Part shown: piece by piece, positions 1 through 10,046 of the stretch
How the letters are laid out: every line of letters starts with the position of its first letter
How positions within the stretch are numbered: position 1 is the stretch's first letter
Assembly (NCBI GenBank): GCA_038523235.1
Contig: JBCBJQ010000013.1
Coordinates: forward strand, 27,915 to 91,914
Direction of reading: 5' to 3'
DNA from: Cyanobacteria bacterium J06626_4
GTDB taxonomy: Bacteria > Cyanobacteriota > Cyanobacteriia > Phormidesmidales > Phormidesmidaceae
DNA: 64,000 bases
The notes under the pieces: generated by a model
Told to the model about the DNA's origin: nothing
The model's input: only the letters and a program-made list of their open reading frames with translations
Database searches by the model: none
Translations under genes and position numbers: made by a program

Positions 1-70
1 GCCCGATCCATAAAGAGAGGGCTAAGGCGATCGCGGCCAGGCCCATCCATCCCATTGACCGTCGATTCAT
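1..70 (-). CDS. 5' end of a gene running off the window; signal peptide-like N-terminus
   Basis: Minus strand from ATG at 70 reads MNRRSMGWMGLAAIALALSLWIG; GAGGAG RBS-like sequence upstream. Confidence 0.6.
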   Translation of the reverse strand, partial: MNRRSMGWMGLAAIALALSLWIG

Positions 71-150
71 CGTTTTCAGGCTCCTCTGCGCCGCCAAGGT
101 TACGGCACTAGCTTACCGAGGATTGCGATGATCGGCTAAGGATGCAGCAA

Positions 151-1365
151 TTATTGATGACAGAACGACTCAACACATCGCACAAACATTTCTACCCCGG
201 TGGAGAGGGCCGCTTCGTCAAAGTCAAAGCGGGGATGATGGTGGGGATAGGCCAAGCCTTTGGTCTGATTCGCTGACCCTAAAAAGAAGTAACACCCTGG
301 CACTGCCTTGAGAAAGAAAGACATATCTTCTCCGCCCATGGTTTGGCAGTCGGGCACAACACCGGCTGGGGTCTCAACGACCGATAAGGCCATTGAGCGG
401 ACTAGCCCAGTAATCTCAGAATCGTTAACGACTGCAGGATACAGCGGATTATAGTCGAGTTCGTAGGTGGCGCCATGGGCCTGGCAAACGCCACTGATAA
501 TCTGATTGAGTCGAGCTTCAAAAAATCCCTCATAGGCGGCATCAAAATACCGCACTGTACCGCTCAGTCGCGCCTGATCGGCAATCACATTAACGGCTGA
601 GCCCGCATGGAGTTCACCCAAGGTAACGACGGCTGACTTGAGCGGATCAACATTGCGCGCCACGATGGTTTGAATTGCGTTTACCACCTGGGCCGCTACC
701 ACAATCGAGTCTACGGTTTGATGCGGAATCGCCCCGTGTCCGCCTCGCCCTTTGAGGGTGCAGTGAAAAAATTCGGTGGCGGCCATAAACGGCCCGCTTT
801 TAACCCCCACTGTGCCTACCGGCAAATTATTCCAGAGATGCAGGCCAATAATGGCATCGACGTTGGGATTTTCTAAAGCCCCGGCCTCAATCATCGGCTT
901 CGCGCCGCCCGGCCCTTCTTCTGCCGGTTGAAAAATAATTTTTACCGTGCCGCTAAAGCTGTCGCGATGCTGAGCCAGGTAATAGGCTGTACCGAGGGCG
1001 ATCGCTACATGACCATCATGACCACAGGCATGCATCACCCCGGCTTGCTGTGAACGATAGTCAACCTCATTCATCTCGTGAATTGGCAAGGCATCCATAT
1101 CAGCTCGGATGGCAAGCACCGGGCCCGGGCGATGTCCAGGAATGACTGCAACAATGCCGGTTTTAGCCACACCCCGCCGGTGTTCGATACCCCAGTCAGA
1201 CAGTTTTTGGCTGATGAAATCAGCCGTCTGGGTTTCGTTGAAGGCCAGTTCGGGGCGTTGGTGAATTTGCCGACGCCATAGGGTGACCTGCGGCTGCAGC
1301 TGCCGAACCGACAGTCGAACGCCACTGAGGGTAGGTGTAGAAGTCGGAAAAACCGTTGAAATCAT
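151..1365 (-). CDS. M20D family amidohydrolase (N-acyl-L-amino acid amidohydrolase type)
   Basis: Motifs RRQIHQRPEL, RADMDALP, MHACGHDGH, FQPAEEG, GGEDMSF, HHPRFDFDE; start set at MISTVF (ORF open to 1446). Confidence 0.93.
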   Translation of the reverse strand: MISTVFPTSTPTLSGVRLSVRQLQPQVTLWRRQIHQRPELAFNETQTADFISQKLSDWGIEHRRGVAKTGIVAVIPGHRPGPVLAIRADMDALPIHEMNEVDYRSQQAGVMHACGHDGHVAIALGTAYYLAQHRDSFSGTVKIIFQPAEEGPGGAKPMIEAGALENPNVDAIIGLHLWNNLPVGTVGVKSGPFMAATEFFHCTLKGRGGHGAIPHQTVDSIVVAAQVVNAIQTIVARNVDPLKSAVVTLGELHAGSAVNVIADQARLSGTVRYFDAAYEGFFEARLNQIISGVCQAHGATYELDYNPLYPAVVNDSEITGLVRSMALSVVETPAGVVPDCQTMGGEDMSFFLKAVPGCYFFLGSANQTKGLAYPHHHPRFDFDEAALSTGVEMFVRCVESFCHQ

Positions 1366-2253
1366 GATGGTGTAGACTAGCTTGCTGCAATGAAAGTGAG
1401 CTGGATGAAGCTGAATACGCTGCTCGTGACAGCGACGTTGGGCCATTTTGCCTGAACTGCGCCGCTCAGAGGGAGATATGAACGATCACAATGGATTTTG
1501 TATTCCCTGAGGTGGCCAAAATCGCGACGTTTCCCAATGAGATCAGCGGCAGCAGATTAATTAACTGATCCTAACTTGCCTCGTTGGAGTTGGGCAGATG
1601 ACGCCTGTGAGTTGCTAAGTTGCAGCCTGTCGTCGATCTTTTACGGGTACTAATCACTGGAAAAAATCCAGCTTTTGCTATTTAAAATCACCTCACCCAG
1701 TTATTTGGATACTCATAATCAGACTCCAATCATTATGAAAGACTGCTAATGACATAGATGTGATCCCAGTCTCTTTGTTAAGTCAATTTTTCATGAAGCA
1801 ACTCCGTAAAATTACGGACAAAAACGCGGTCTTCATCTCAGCTTCATCAAATACTCACAGGAAATTTCAAGAGATCCGGAAAAATCCACCCTTTCAGTTG
1901 GCCAAACACTGGGGGTTTCATCAACTGCTGGGATTAAATGGAGATGCTGCTGGGGGTTGGACAGACCTGTGAAGCCTTCCTTAACTTTGCAGATTTTTCA
2001 TGGAAAAAGTTTAGAAAATTCTGGCAATTTTTCTCGACCAAAATCTTTTGCTAGCCTGCCTCATGGCAACGCTGGGTTCTATTTAGAGTCCCGACCAACC
2101 TTCAGGGATTTGGCGTTTTGCATGGATGCGGCACGGTTCCACCCATTAAACGGCAGAGCCCAAATAGGAGAGTCAGGAATAACGACTTTCCTATTTTGTG
2201 ATGTCAAGGGCATGCCCCATATCAACCACCAGTCTCAAGTTCTGTCTGAATGC

Positions 2254-2291
2254 AAAAAGGGGAAATGCTCTCAATAGCATTTCCCCTTTTT
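2254..2291. terminator. Bidirectional intrinsic terminator
   Basis: AAAAAGGGGAAATGCT-ctcaat-AGCATTTCCCCTTTTT perfect stem with T tracts on both strands, downstream of the minus-strand peptidase gene. Confidence 0.8.
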
Positions 2292-2346
2292 GTACTGGCA
2301 GTCTAATCAGAGTTGGTGTCAGCCATGCTGACTACACGCTCACCCG

Positions 2347-3027
2347 CTAACGGCGACCTAGCAGTAAAAAGACATAGTAGAGCAGGTTTAACAGGGCGTA
2401 GAAAGCGGTTGCCACGTAGGTTAAAGCCGCTGCTTGCAAGACGGCGCGGGCTCCTTTATTTTCTTCGCCCTGCAGGATACCGTATTCGTCAATCAGCTTC
2501 AGCGCCCGCTTAGAAGCGTCAAATTCCACCGGCAAGGTCACAACATGAAACAAGAGTACTGCCGCAAAAAATAAGATGCCCAGCCAGGCCAAGCCCAAGA
2601 AATTGAGAATCAAACCGGCGATGATGAGAATTGGGCCTAATCGAGACCCTAAGTTGACGGCGGGCACTAAAGTTGCCCGGACATTCATGAATTTGTAATC
2701 TTCCACGTCTTGTAAGACATGACCGCACTCATGAGCGGCTACGGCTGCTGCCGCCAGGGAAGTTGAGTTGTAGATCCCTTGGGATAGACGAACGGCCTTA
2801 GCACCCGGATCGTAGTGGTCAGTCAGCTCTCCCGCAACCTGCTCTACCCGTACGCCCTGAACACCCATTTTCGACAAAATGGTTTGAGCTACCTGAGCAC
2901 CGGTCATGCCCATGGTGGAAGGAACTTGAGAATAGCGACGATACGTGCCCTTAACCTTGTTCTGAGCCCACAGGGTTACTAACAAGCCGGGGATCATAAA
3001 AAACAGGTATGTCGGATCAAAGAACAT
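2347..3027 (-). CDS. Membrane zinc metallopeptidase, YugP (Zn_peptidase_2) family
   Basis: LTDHYDP, AAHECGH (HExxH), TLPVEFDASKRA, AAALTYVA; several TM segments. Confidence 0.92.
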   Translation of the reverse strand: MFFDPTYLFFMIPGLLVTLWAQNKVKGTYRRYSQVPSTMGMTGAQVAQTILSKMGVQGVRVEQVAGELTDHYDPGAKAVRLSQGIYNSTSLAAAAVAAHECGHVLQDVEDYKFMNVRATLVPAVNLGSRLGPILIIAGLILNFLGLAWLGILFFAAVLLFHVVTLPVEFDASKRALKLIDEYGILQGEENKGARAVLQAAALTYVATAFYALLNLLYYVFLLLGRR

Positions 3028-3385
3028 CAGCAATCTACCTAGTTCAACAAATAGCCCAAGCAATCAACATAAACGGGGGCTTTTCAATCAATTTATCTCA
3101 ATTTTTTGCATTTGAGGAGCGGTTTGCTCACTGATAGGTGCGACTAACCCCTAGCGCAAGTTGGGGATTTTGAGCAAGCTGACGAGATGTATCTGCACAG
3201 CCGTTTTCTACCCGAGAGCAGCTGACTGCCCCTGGGGCTATTACCCACCGTGAACTCGACATCGTGAACCTCAAACTTCAGTCTCAAGCGACCGATTTCA
3301 GCTCCTTGTCAAAATAGAACTCCCGATATTCTCCAGCCGGCATACCCTGAGACTGACTGCTCGATCGCCCTCTTTCCCTTGTGCC

Positions 3386-4420
3386 ATGCTCGAACAATTT
3401 GCCAGCGATAACTATTCCGGTATGTGTCCTGAAGCGATCGCCGCCCTGCTAGCAGCGAATCAAGGCCAGGCGATCGCCTATGGCGACGACCCGTGGACGC
3501 AACGAGCGGCGGACCGCTTGCGTGAGGTGTTTGAGACTGACTGTGAGGTATTTTTTGTCTTTAGCGGCACGGCGGGTAACTCGCTGGCGCTGGCATCGTT
3601 ATGCCAGAGCTATCACAGCGTGATTTGTCATGAGCTAGCCCATATAGAAACCGATGAGTGTGGCGCACCAGAATTCTTTTCGAACGGCGCGAAGCTGCTG
3701 CTGGGCAAAGGGGCAGCGGGGAAACTGACCGCCGCGGCGATTGACGACATCGTGCTCAAGCGTGGCGACATTCACTACCCTAAACCCAAGGTTGTCAGTC
3801 TCACCCAGCCTACCGAAGTCGGTACGCTATATAGCTTGGCGGAGCTGGCGGCGATTCGGACTGTGGCCGATCGCCACGGCCTCAAAATGCATATGGATGG
3901 CGCGCGCTTTGCCAATGCCATCGCTGCTCTCGGCTGCACTCCGGCTGAAATGACCTGGCAGCAGGGCATCGATGTGTTGTGTTTTGGCGGTACCAAAAAC
4001 GGGCTAGCGATCGGCGAGGCAGTCATCTTTTTCAACCGAGCCTTGGCCGAAGATTTTGACTACCGCTGCAAACAGGCTGGGCAGTTGGCCTCAAAAATGC
4101 GGTTTGTATCAGCGCCGTTAGTCGGCGTGCTGGAAGACAATATTTGGCTGCACCATGCCCGCCATGCCAATGACTGTGCCGCTTACCTATCAGCCCAGCT
4201 GGCCCAGATTGCCGGCGTGGAGCTCTTGTTTTCGACCCAGGCTAACGGCGTCTTTGTCGAACTACCCACATCAGTCATTCAGTCCCTATACGACAAGGGC
4301 TGGCATTTTTATACCTTTATTGGCAGCGGCGGCGCCCGGTTTATGTGCAGTTGGAACACCACCCGTGATCGCATCGATGCCCTGGTTACCGACATCAAAG
4401 ACGCAATGCTCGCCGCCTGA
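3386..4420 (+). CDS. Low-specificity L-threonine aldolase (PLP)
   Basis: FASDNYSG, AYGDDPWT, HIETDECGAPEFF, HMDGARFANA, GGTKNG, KQAGQLASKMRF. Confidence 0.92.
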   Translation: MLEQFASDNYSGMCPEAIAALLAANQGQAIAYGDDPWTQRAADRLREVFETDCEVFFVFSGTAGNSLALASLCQSYHSVICHELAHIETDECGAPEFFSNGAKLLLGKGAAGKLTAAAIDDIVLKRGDIHYPKPKVVSLTQPTEVGTLYSLAELAAIRTVADRHGLKMHMDGARFANAIAALGCTPAEMTWQQGIDVLCFGGTKNGLAIGEAVIFFNRALAEDFDYRCKQAGQLASKMRFVSAPLVGVLEDNIWLHHARHANDCAAYLSAQLAQIAGVELLFSTQANGVFVELPTSVIQSLYDKGWHFYTFIGSGGARFMCSWNTTRDRIDALVTDIKDAMLAA

Positions 4421-4443
4421 GGCTAAGGCCTTGCAGGGAAGGA

Positions 4444-4872
4444 CTATTCCCGACAGTCGTTCAATTCAATGGCGATCGCGTTGAGATAGTCTTCACGCGA
4501 TTCATACTCTCTTTGATGTACGGGTAGTTCGGCCTCGATGGCTTCCTCAGACGATATGCCATCAACTGTGACCGTCGTCTCGGATTCATCCTCGGCGATC
4601 TCTAGTTCACCCTGATCGGCCGCTTCTACCGTCATTTCTGCTGACTCAGGCGCAGGGCCGTCAAAGGTTTCAGCGAGCGTGCCTAAGTCATCGAGCCCCA
4701 CCTCTAATCTAAAGTTAGAGTCAGAACTCGCCGGGCTAGAGTTGACAAAGGCATCCCCCTCGGTGACATCCGAGGAACGGCCATCTCTGAGGCAAAACGC
4801 CGCCGCCGATTCGGCACTCAACGCGGTGATTCCCACAAACAGCAGTACGGTCAGCAGCATGGGCTTATTCAT
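4444..4872 (-). CDS. Acidic secreted hypothetical protein
   Basis: MNKPMLLTVLLFVGITALSAESAAA signal peptide; acidic mature part with one Cys near each end. Confidence 0.65.
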   Translation of the reverse strand: MNKPMLLTVLLFVGITALSAESAAAFCLRDGRSSDVTEGDAFVNSSPASSDSNFRLEVGLDDLGTLAETFDGPAPESAEMTVEAADQGELEIAEDESETTVTVDGISSEEAIEAELPVHQREYESREDYLNAIAIELNDCRE

Positions 4873-5180
4873 CGGTTTTTCCTGCGCTTCAAAAGGGGAT
4901 ATGACTGGGCCAGGCAGGGAGATAACGCGATCGCTGAGATCCGCTGCAACGGTGTGGCATCGCCTGCTCTCCATGACTTAAATAATAGCGATTCCCCCTG
5001 CCTGCTTGGGGTTAAACCTGACACGCTTTGCCCAATTTGAGAGTTGCGTTGACAACACTATTTCCCTAACCAAAAGCATTGCTGTTAGGGGGATATCGAT
5101 GCCCAATTCCAGCGATAGAAAACTATCTCAGGCCAATTTCTTAGCGGCTCTGAATCGAGTGGATTGAGTGCGGCTACCCG

Positions 5181-6329
5181 TTAGGACGCCGCTGCCGGCA
5201 CCGGTATATCCGCTGCTTCAAAGCGAGGCAGATACTGGTCATACCCCTCAGCCGCCAAATCAGCCAGTGGCACAAAGCGCAGAGCCGCTGAATTGAGACA
5301 GTACCGCAATCCGGTCGGAGCGGGACCATCTTCAAACACATGGCCGAGATGGGAATCGGCCTGGCGGCTACGCACTTCAGTTCGCACCAAGAAGAAGGAA
5401 CGGTCTTCTACCTCAACCACATTGCGGGGTGCTAACGGTCGCGAGAAAGAAGGCCACCCCGTACCCGACGCGTATTTATCGAGCGAGGAAAACAGCGGCT
5501 CCCCGGAAACGACATCCACATAAATACCGGATTTTTTGTTGTTCCAGAAGGCATTGGCAAATGGTCGCTCGGTGGCGTCTTCTTGGGTGACGGCATACTG
5601 CTGGGGAGTCAACAGGGCCCGCAAGTCGGCTTCGCTGGGCTTGATCCAGGAGGACTGGTCGCTGAGATTTTCGGCCAGCTGATAAACCGTCGTATCGTCT
5701 TGCCAGACTCGACTGATGAACTGATTACGGCCTGACCCCTGGCGATACACGCTATAGCGGAGCGGATTCTTTGTGTGGTAGTCCTGGTGGTAGTCTTCGG
5801 CGATATAAAAGGTCTCAGCGGGCGCGATCGCAGTGGCGATCGGCTCCTCAAACTTGCCGGACGCAGCGAGAGCCGCTTTTGACCCTTCCGCGAGACGTTG
5901 CTGCTCCGCATCGGCGTAAAAGATCGCCGACGTATAAGATTCGCCGCGATCGACAAACGAACCGTCAGCATCGGTGGGATCGTGCATTCGCCAAAAGGCA
6001 TCGAGCAGTTGCTGATACTCCACCACTTCGGGGTCATAGCGCACCTCAACAGCTTCTCGATGGCCGGTCGTGTGGCTGGCAACCTGTTCGTAGGTCGGGT
6101 TTTCGACCGTGCCCCCCATGTAGCCTGACACCACCTCGGCGACGCCCGGCACCTTTTCAAAGTCGGACTCCACACACCAAAAACAGCCCGCCGCAAAATA
6201 GGCCACCTCGGCATCTTCGATTTCAGCAATCGAGGTCGCCATGTTGCGGCTGTGGGGCAGTTGTGTAAAGAGCGCCGTTGCGCCGATCACCACCCCCATC
6301 AAAACCAACCAGTAAACTCGTTTCATCAA
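5181..6329 (-). CDS. msrAB: Bifunctional peptide-methionine sulfoxide reductase MsrA/MsrB with N-terminal membrane/signal segment
   Basis: AGCFWC and AEDYHQDY (MsrA); [20 protein letters not shown] (MsrB). Confidence 0.95.
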   Translation of the reverse strand: MMKRVYWLVLMGVVIGATALFTQLPHSRNMATSIAEIEDAEVAYFAAGCFWCVESDFEKVPGVAEVVSGYMGGTVENPTYEQVASHTTGHREAVEVRYDPEVVEYQQLLDAFWRMHDPTDADGSFVDRGESYTSAIFYADAEQQRLAEGSKAALAASGKFEEPIATAIAPAETFYIAEDYHQDYHTKNPLRYSVYRQGSGRNQFISRVWQDDTTVYQLAENLSDQSSWIKPSEADLRALLTPQQYAVTQEDATERPFANAFWNNKKSGIYVDVVSGEPLFSSLDKYASGTGWPSFSRPLAPRNVVEVEDRSFFLVRTEVRSRQADSHLGHVFEDGPAPTGLRYCLNSAALRFVPLADLAAEGYDQYLPRFEAADIPVPAAAS

Positions 6330-6753
6330 ACCTCTTCATCACTCATCAAAAGTTGGGCCACGTGGTGCCTGCTGTGGGGATCGCCCGGCGCCATCCCTTC
6401 AGCTTGACCCGTCTCAATCGGTTGCCTTGGGTTAAGTCGTCGGCTCGTCCATTCGGAGACGAGTCGTCCTACCCGCAGACTTCAGATTTGCAGCCACATT
6501 CCACTATAGGAATTTAAGTTTAAGGTAGCGATATTTAGCCGCCACATCAGATTAAAGCTGGCTGCTCACCCAGCAGAAAATCCAACTAGTGTGAGCGATA
6601 AACTGACGGCCAGATACTCTGGAAAGTGCTTTCAGAAGGGAGCACGATGACATTTCCTGAAGCAGACTGACCATCTCATTGGCACTCAATGCTCTTGATG
6701 AGCACGCCGAGGGGGCAAATAATTATCGGCTGGCAAATGTTCAGAGAGAGGAA

Positions 6754-7704
6754 TCATACAGGGCACAGGGGACGCGCTTGATAGTCGCGATCGCGTGGAT
6801 ACAACGTGTCTGGCCCAAAAGCGTTATCTGCCATGCGAGTTTCGAACAGTTGAATGGCATTGGGAAACGGCGCTAGATGGGTGACCTGATTGTGGTGCAG
6901 CTGGCAATGCTCCACGATGATTTCCTCACTATCCACCACGTTAAATAGATAGTCATCGCCAATGGGCGGCACCCCTTGGATGAGATCGACCCGATTGTCA
7001 TACATCAAACAGTGGGTGAAATCGATCCGTTGGCAATTCAGCAGACCAATCATCGAGAAGCCAGCGTTGTCAAAAAATTGGCAGTTCTGGAACCGTAGGT
7101 CACTCGCCTGCTGCAAACACAAAATGCCGTAGGTGCAGTCGCGAATGACCGAGTTATAGCAGTTTAGTTGGGTCAGGCCATTGGCTTCGATACCGTGGGT
7201 GCCACTGCCAAATAGAATGCAGTCATCGATGCGCACAGCTTCACAGTTAGCGAATGCTAAAACGCTACCTCGGCAGAACCCGGCGTCGCCCGTGTGAGCC
7301 AGTTCCAGATTTTCAAAGCGAACATTGCGACAGTCGCGAAACTTGAGCACATCAGCATAGCGAGGACGGGTCAAAATTCGGGAAAGCGTATTTTCGACGC
7401 CCTTGATCCACAGATTTTCCACGTTCGTAATGACTAACTCATAGCCGTCATACACTTCCTCAAACCGAGCGTAGGGGCTTTGCCAAGTCGGATCAATGTC
7501 AGAAAGCGTGAACGCCCCCGAACGAACTCGAAGAATGCGGTCAGGCCCGATCGCATTTAAGAAATCCTCGGTGGTGTCAACCATAATCCGCTGATTGCCC
7601 CTCGGCGGCTGAGCCTGCACCGACTGCTTAGGGGAAAAGGCTAGCGCCGCGCCCAACCCACTCCAAAGTGCAGTCTGCGTAAACTGTCGTCGCGATAAGG
7701 TCAT
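6754..7704 (-). CDS. Tat-exported right-handed parallel beta-helix repeat protein
   Basis: SRRQFTQT twin-arginine signal; periodic repeats (DCRNVRFENLEL, NCEAVRIDDCIL, NSVIRDCTYG, NCQFFDN). Confidence 0.75.
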   Translation of the reverse strand: MTLSRRQFTQTALWSGLGAALAFSPKQSVQAQPPRGNQRIMVDTTEDFLNAIGPDRILRVRSGAFTLSDIDPTWQSPYARFEEVYDGYELVITNVENLWIKGVENTLSRILTRPRYADVLKFRDCRNVRFENLELAHTGDAGFCRGSVLAFANCEAVRIDDCILFGSGTHGIEANGLTQLNCYNSVIRDCTYGILCLQQASDLRFQNCQFFDNAGFSMIGLLNCQRIDFTHCLMYDNRVDLIQGVPPIGDDYLFNVVDSEEIIVEHCQLHHNQVTHLAPFPNAIQLFETRMADNAFGPDTLYPRDRDYQARPLCPV

Positions 7705-7846
7705 AACGGTTGATTTTTAACTGAAATTAGCCGGTGAGAGCATGACTCAAACCCTAGCACTGGTGACATTTCAGCAACTTACAAGTCCGCATAAACGCAA
7801 CAGAATTTCAAATCAGCTACCGGCGGATGGCAGATCACCCATGCCG

Positions 7847-8425
7847 CTAAGGAAATAAATCGCCCACTGCGATCGCGGTTTCAGCTCGTTCTGGTAACGG
7901 TACGGTTTGTCCGGTTTGATAGGGCTGCTGGCGGCGGTAGCTAAAGCCGTATTCGGCACTGGTATCAACCTGTGGATCGCCATAGATTTCTAGCTGGCGA
8001 TCGTTCAGATTCACGATCCAATACTCAGCAATCCCGGCTTTAGCGTACAGGCTGCCTTTGACTTTGCGGTCGTAGCGCAAGGAGCTATCGGCCACCTCAA
8101 TAATGAGGACTGCTGTGGTGGGATGAGCATCAGTGTAGTCGCGAATAGTTCCTGAAACGACCGCAATATCGGGTTCAGGTTCTGAGTTATCGCTGATGAC
8201 AAAGGGCTTTCGCTGACGAATGTAATAACCAGTCGCAAAAACAGGTTTCAACGCCGCATCAACCAAATCGATCGCGATTGCATGGGCACTTTTCATCGCT
8301 GCCATGTCAATTACCTGCCCTTCGATAAGCTCTACGCGTCGTCCCTGAAAAAAGTTGAGATCAGCGAGACGATAATATTCGTCACGGTTCCACAGGTGGA
8401 TGCGAGGCTCGGTTACGGGTGTCAT
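7847..8425 (-). CDS. Uma2 (DUF820) family endonuclease-like protein
   Basis: RVELIEGQV, SEPEPDIAV, LIIEVADSS, YAKAGIAEYWIVNL. Confidence 0.92.
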   Translation of the reverse strand: MTPVTEPRIHLWNRDEYYRLADLNFFQGRRVELIEGQVIDMAAMKSAHAIAIDLVDAALKPVFATGYYIRQRKPFVISDNSEPEPDIAVVSGTIRDYTDAHPTTAVLIIEVADSSLRYDRKVKGSLYAKAGIAEYWIVNLNDRQLEIYGDPQVDTSAEYGFSYRRQQPYQTGQTVPLPERAETAIAVGDLFP

Positions 8426-8685
8426 CAGGGGCTGCCGGCTGCCGTCACCTAAATTGTAGCCACACAACCGCGTGAAAGAATTTCCACCGCTTGTGCCTCG
8501 CGGCGATCAACACAAGTTCCTGAAGCCTTCTTTCAGCACGATTAATTCCCCTCTCAGGCAAGCTTTAATCTGTGCTTAACCGCTACTCGGGAACGCCTCA
8601 GCCCCCGCCACCACTATAGGAATCAAGAAAGCAAAACCCTAGTAATAACTAGGGTTTGACCGTTTATTCAATTGAGGCTTTAACC

Positions 8686-8862
8686 ATGAAACGCTTTTTA
8701 CTCTCGACCTTTGCAGTTGTGATGTCTCTGGGTACGTTTGCCGCGATCGCCAATGCCCAACAGGTCAGTCTTGGCGACCCGGCTGCCGACCTGAATGGGG
8801 ATGGTGAAGTGACTCTCCATGAAGTGAGAAACTACAACCGTGATCAACGGCAAAAGAACTAA
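8686..8862 (+). CDS. Small secreted protein with one EF-hand loop
   Basis: Signal peptide MKRFLLSTFAVVMSLGTFAAIANA; DLNGDGEVTLHE loop; GAGG RBS. Confidence 0.75.
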   Translation: MKRFLLSTFAVVMSLGTFAAIANAQQVSLGDPAADLNGDGEVTLHEVRNYNRDQRQKN

Positions 8863-8889
8863 TTCTCAATGACAGAGGCCATGACTAAT

Positions 8890-8921
8890 GCCCGGCCTCG
8901 ATACGATTGTCGAGGCCGGGC
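8890..8921. terminator. GC-rich hairpin between convergent genes
   Basis: GCCCGGCCTCGA-tacgattg-TCGAGGCCGGGC 12-bp stem; no strong T tract. Confidence 0.55.
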
Positions 8922-9025
8922 GCACTCATCTGGCCAAAACGGATTCGGGCTTCTTAACCCAACAGGATGGCGAATTCAGTCATGACCTAAGCAGACATCC
9001 ATGCATCGCGTTGGAGTTGGCTGCT

Positions 9026-9895
9026 TTAGTTAGCCTCGATTTCAAGATTCAGCATCTCAACCCAAACCTCGGGACTCCCGGCGCTCATCAAATCAATGAC
9101 GGAAACGGGCTGTTGCGGGTTAGCGGAAACGCTGAAACCCTTGGGGTCTTCAATAAAGGCTGTCGTTTCTTCAATGACTGCCATCACCGTCGGATCATCG
9201 GCCGACACGAAGAATTGAGCATTTTGGGAAATCCCTGAAACCAGTTGCGTCTTAAACTGCTCAACGTCTTGGTTGCTTTTAGCAGCCATTGACGCCATCA
9301 TCGTCTCGGCAAAGGAATCATCGCGATAGATAATCTCGGCTGAGTGCAAAGTGACGCCTGCAGTTGAAGCAGTGTCGGGAGAATAGTTACCCAGCTTAAG
9401 TGTTGCTTCTAGGTAGCCCAGATCTTTCGCACCAAAGCGAAACTGCTCTAGGGTCATCTCACCCGAGGCCTCGTCATACTCATATTTGGTATCCAAGTTG
9501 AGGGCTATCGTGCCGTCATAGCCAGCTTGCTTCATAAAATTGTCAAATGTGGGCTCATTCATCTCACCAATGTCAAACTGGATGCCCTTTAAAGAGGCAT
9601 CGACCACCGTCGGGAAGTCAGACTTGTCGTCAAATTCGCGCACAATCACCTGGTCAATCTTGACGGCTTGGGCGGGCGCTTCAATCGGGGCCACACTCAC
9701 GTTTTTGACCGTGATGTCAGCGCCTAAGGGATTGACGCTGACCTGGCCATACTCAATGACCACGTCATCATCAACTTCAGCAATCAATTCGTTGATCTTG
9801 GCCTCGGCTACCTTGGCGGTGTAAAAACTGACGCCGGTGTACACACCGATCGCTAATGCCCCGATGCCTAATCCCGTAGCCAATAACTTCTTCAT
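9026..9895 (-). CDS. Membrane-anchored acidic hypothetical protein
   Basis: Long ORF with N-terminal hydrophobic anchor and GAGG RBS; family not recognised. Confidence 0.75.
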   Translation of the reverse strand: MKKLLATGLGIGALAIGVYTGVSFYTAKVAEAKINELIAEVDDDVVIEYGQVSVNPLGADITVKNVSVAPIEAPAQAVKIDQVIVREFDDKSDFPTVVDASLKGIQFDIGEMNEPTFDNFMKQAGYDGTIALNLDTKYEYDEASGEMTLEQFRFGAKDLGYLEATLKLGNYSPDTASTAGVTLHSAEIIYRDDSFAETMMASMAAKSNQDVEQFKTQLVSGISQNAQFFVSADDPTVMAVIEETTAFIEDPKGFSVSANPQQPVSVIDLMSAGSPEVWVEMLNLEIEAN

Positions 9896-10046
9896 GCCGA
9901 GAAAACCTCTTGGGTGAGTCTATAGGCATATCTTCAGCGTGCTACGGCCCGATTCCTGAAGGCGAGAGCGTCGTTCTGGCTAGTCGAGGCGGGCGATCGC
10001 TCACTTTCTCCACCACGATTGCAAACTGCCATGAACGAATTCTGTG

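Noticed and set aside
1760..2277. Short ORFs of 70 and 106 aa
   Set aside because: No RBS or motifs, weak start codons, AT-rich intergenic character
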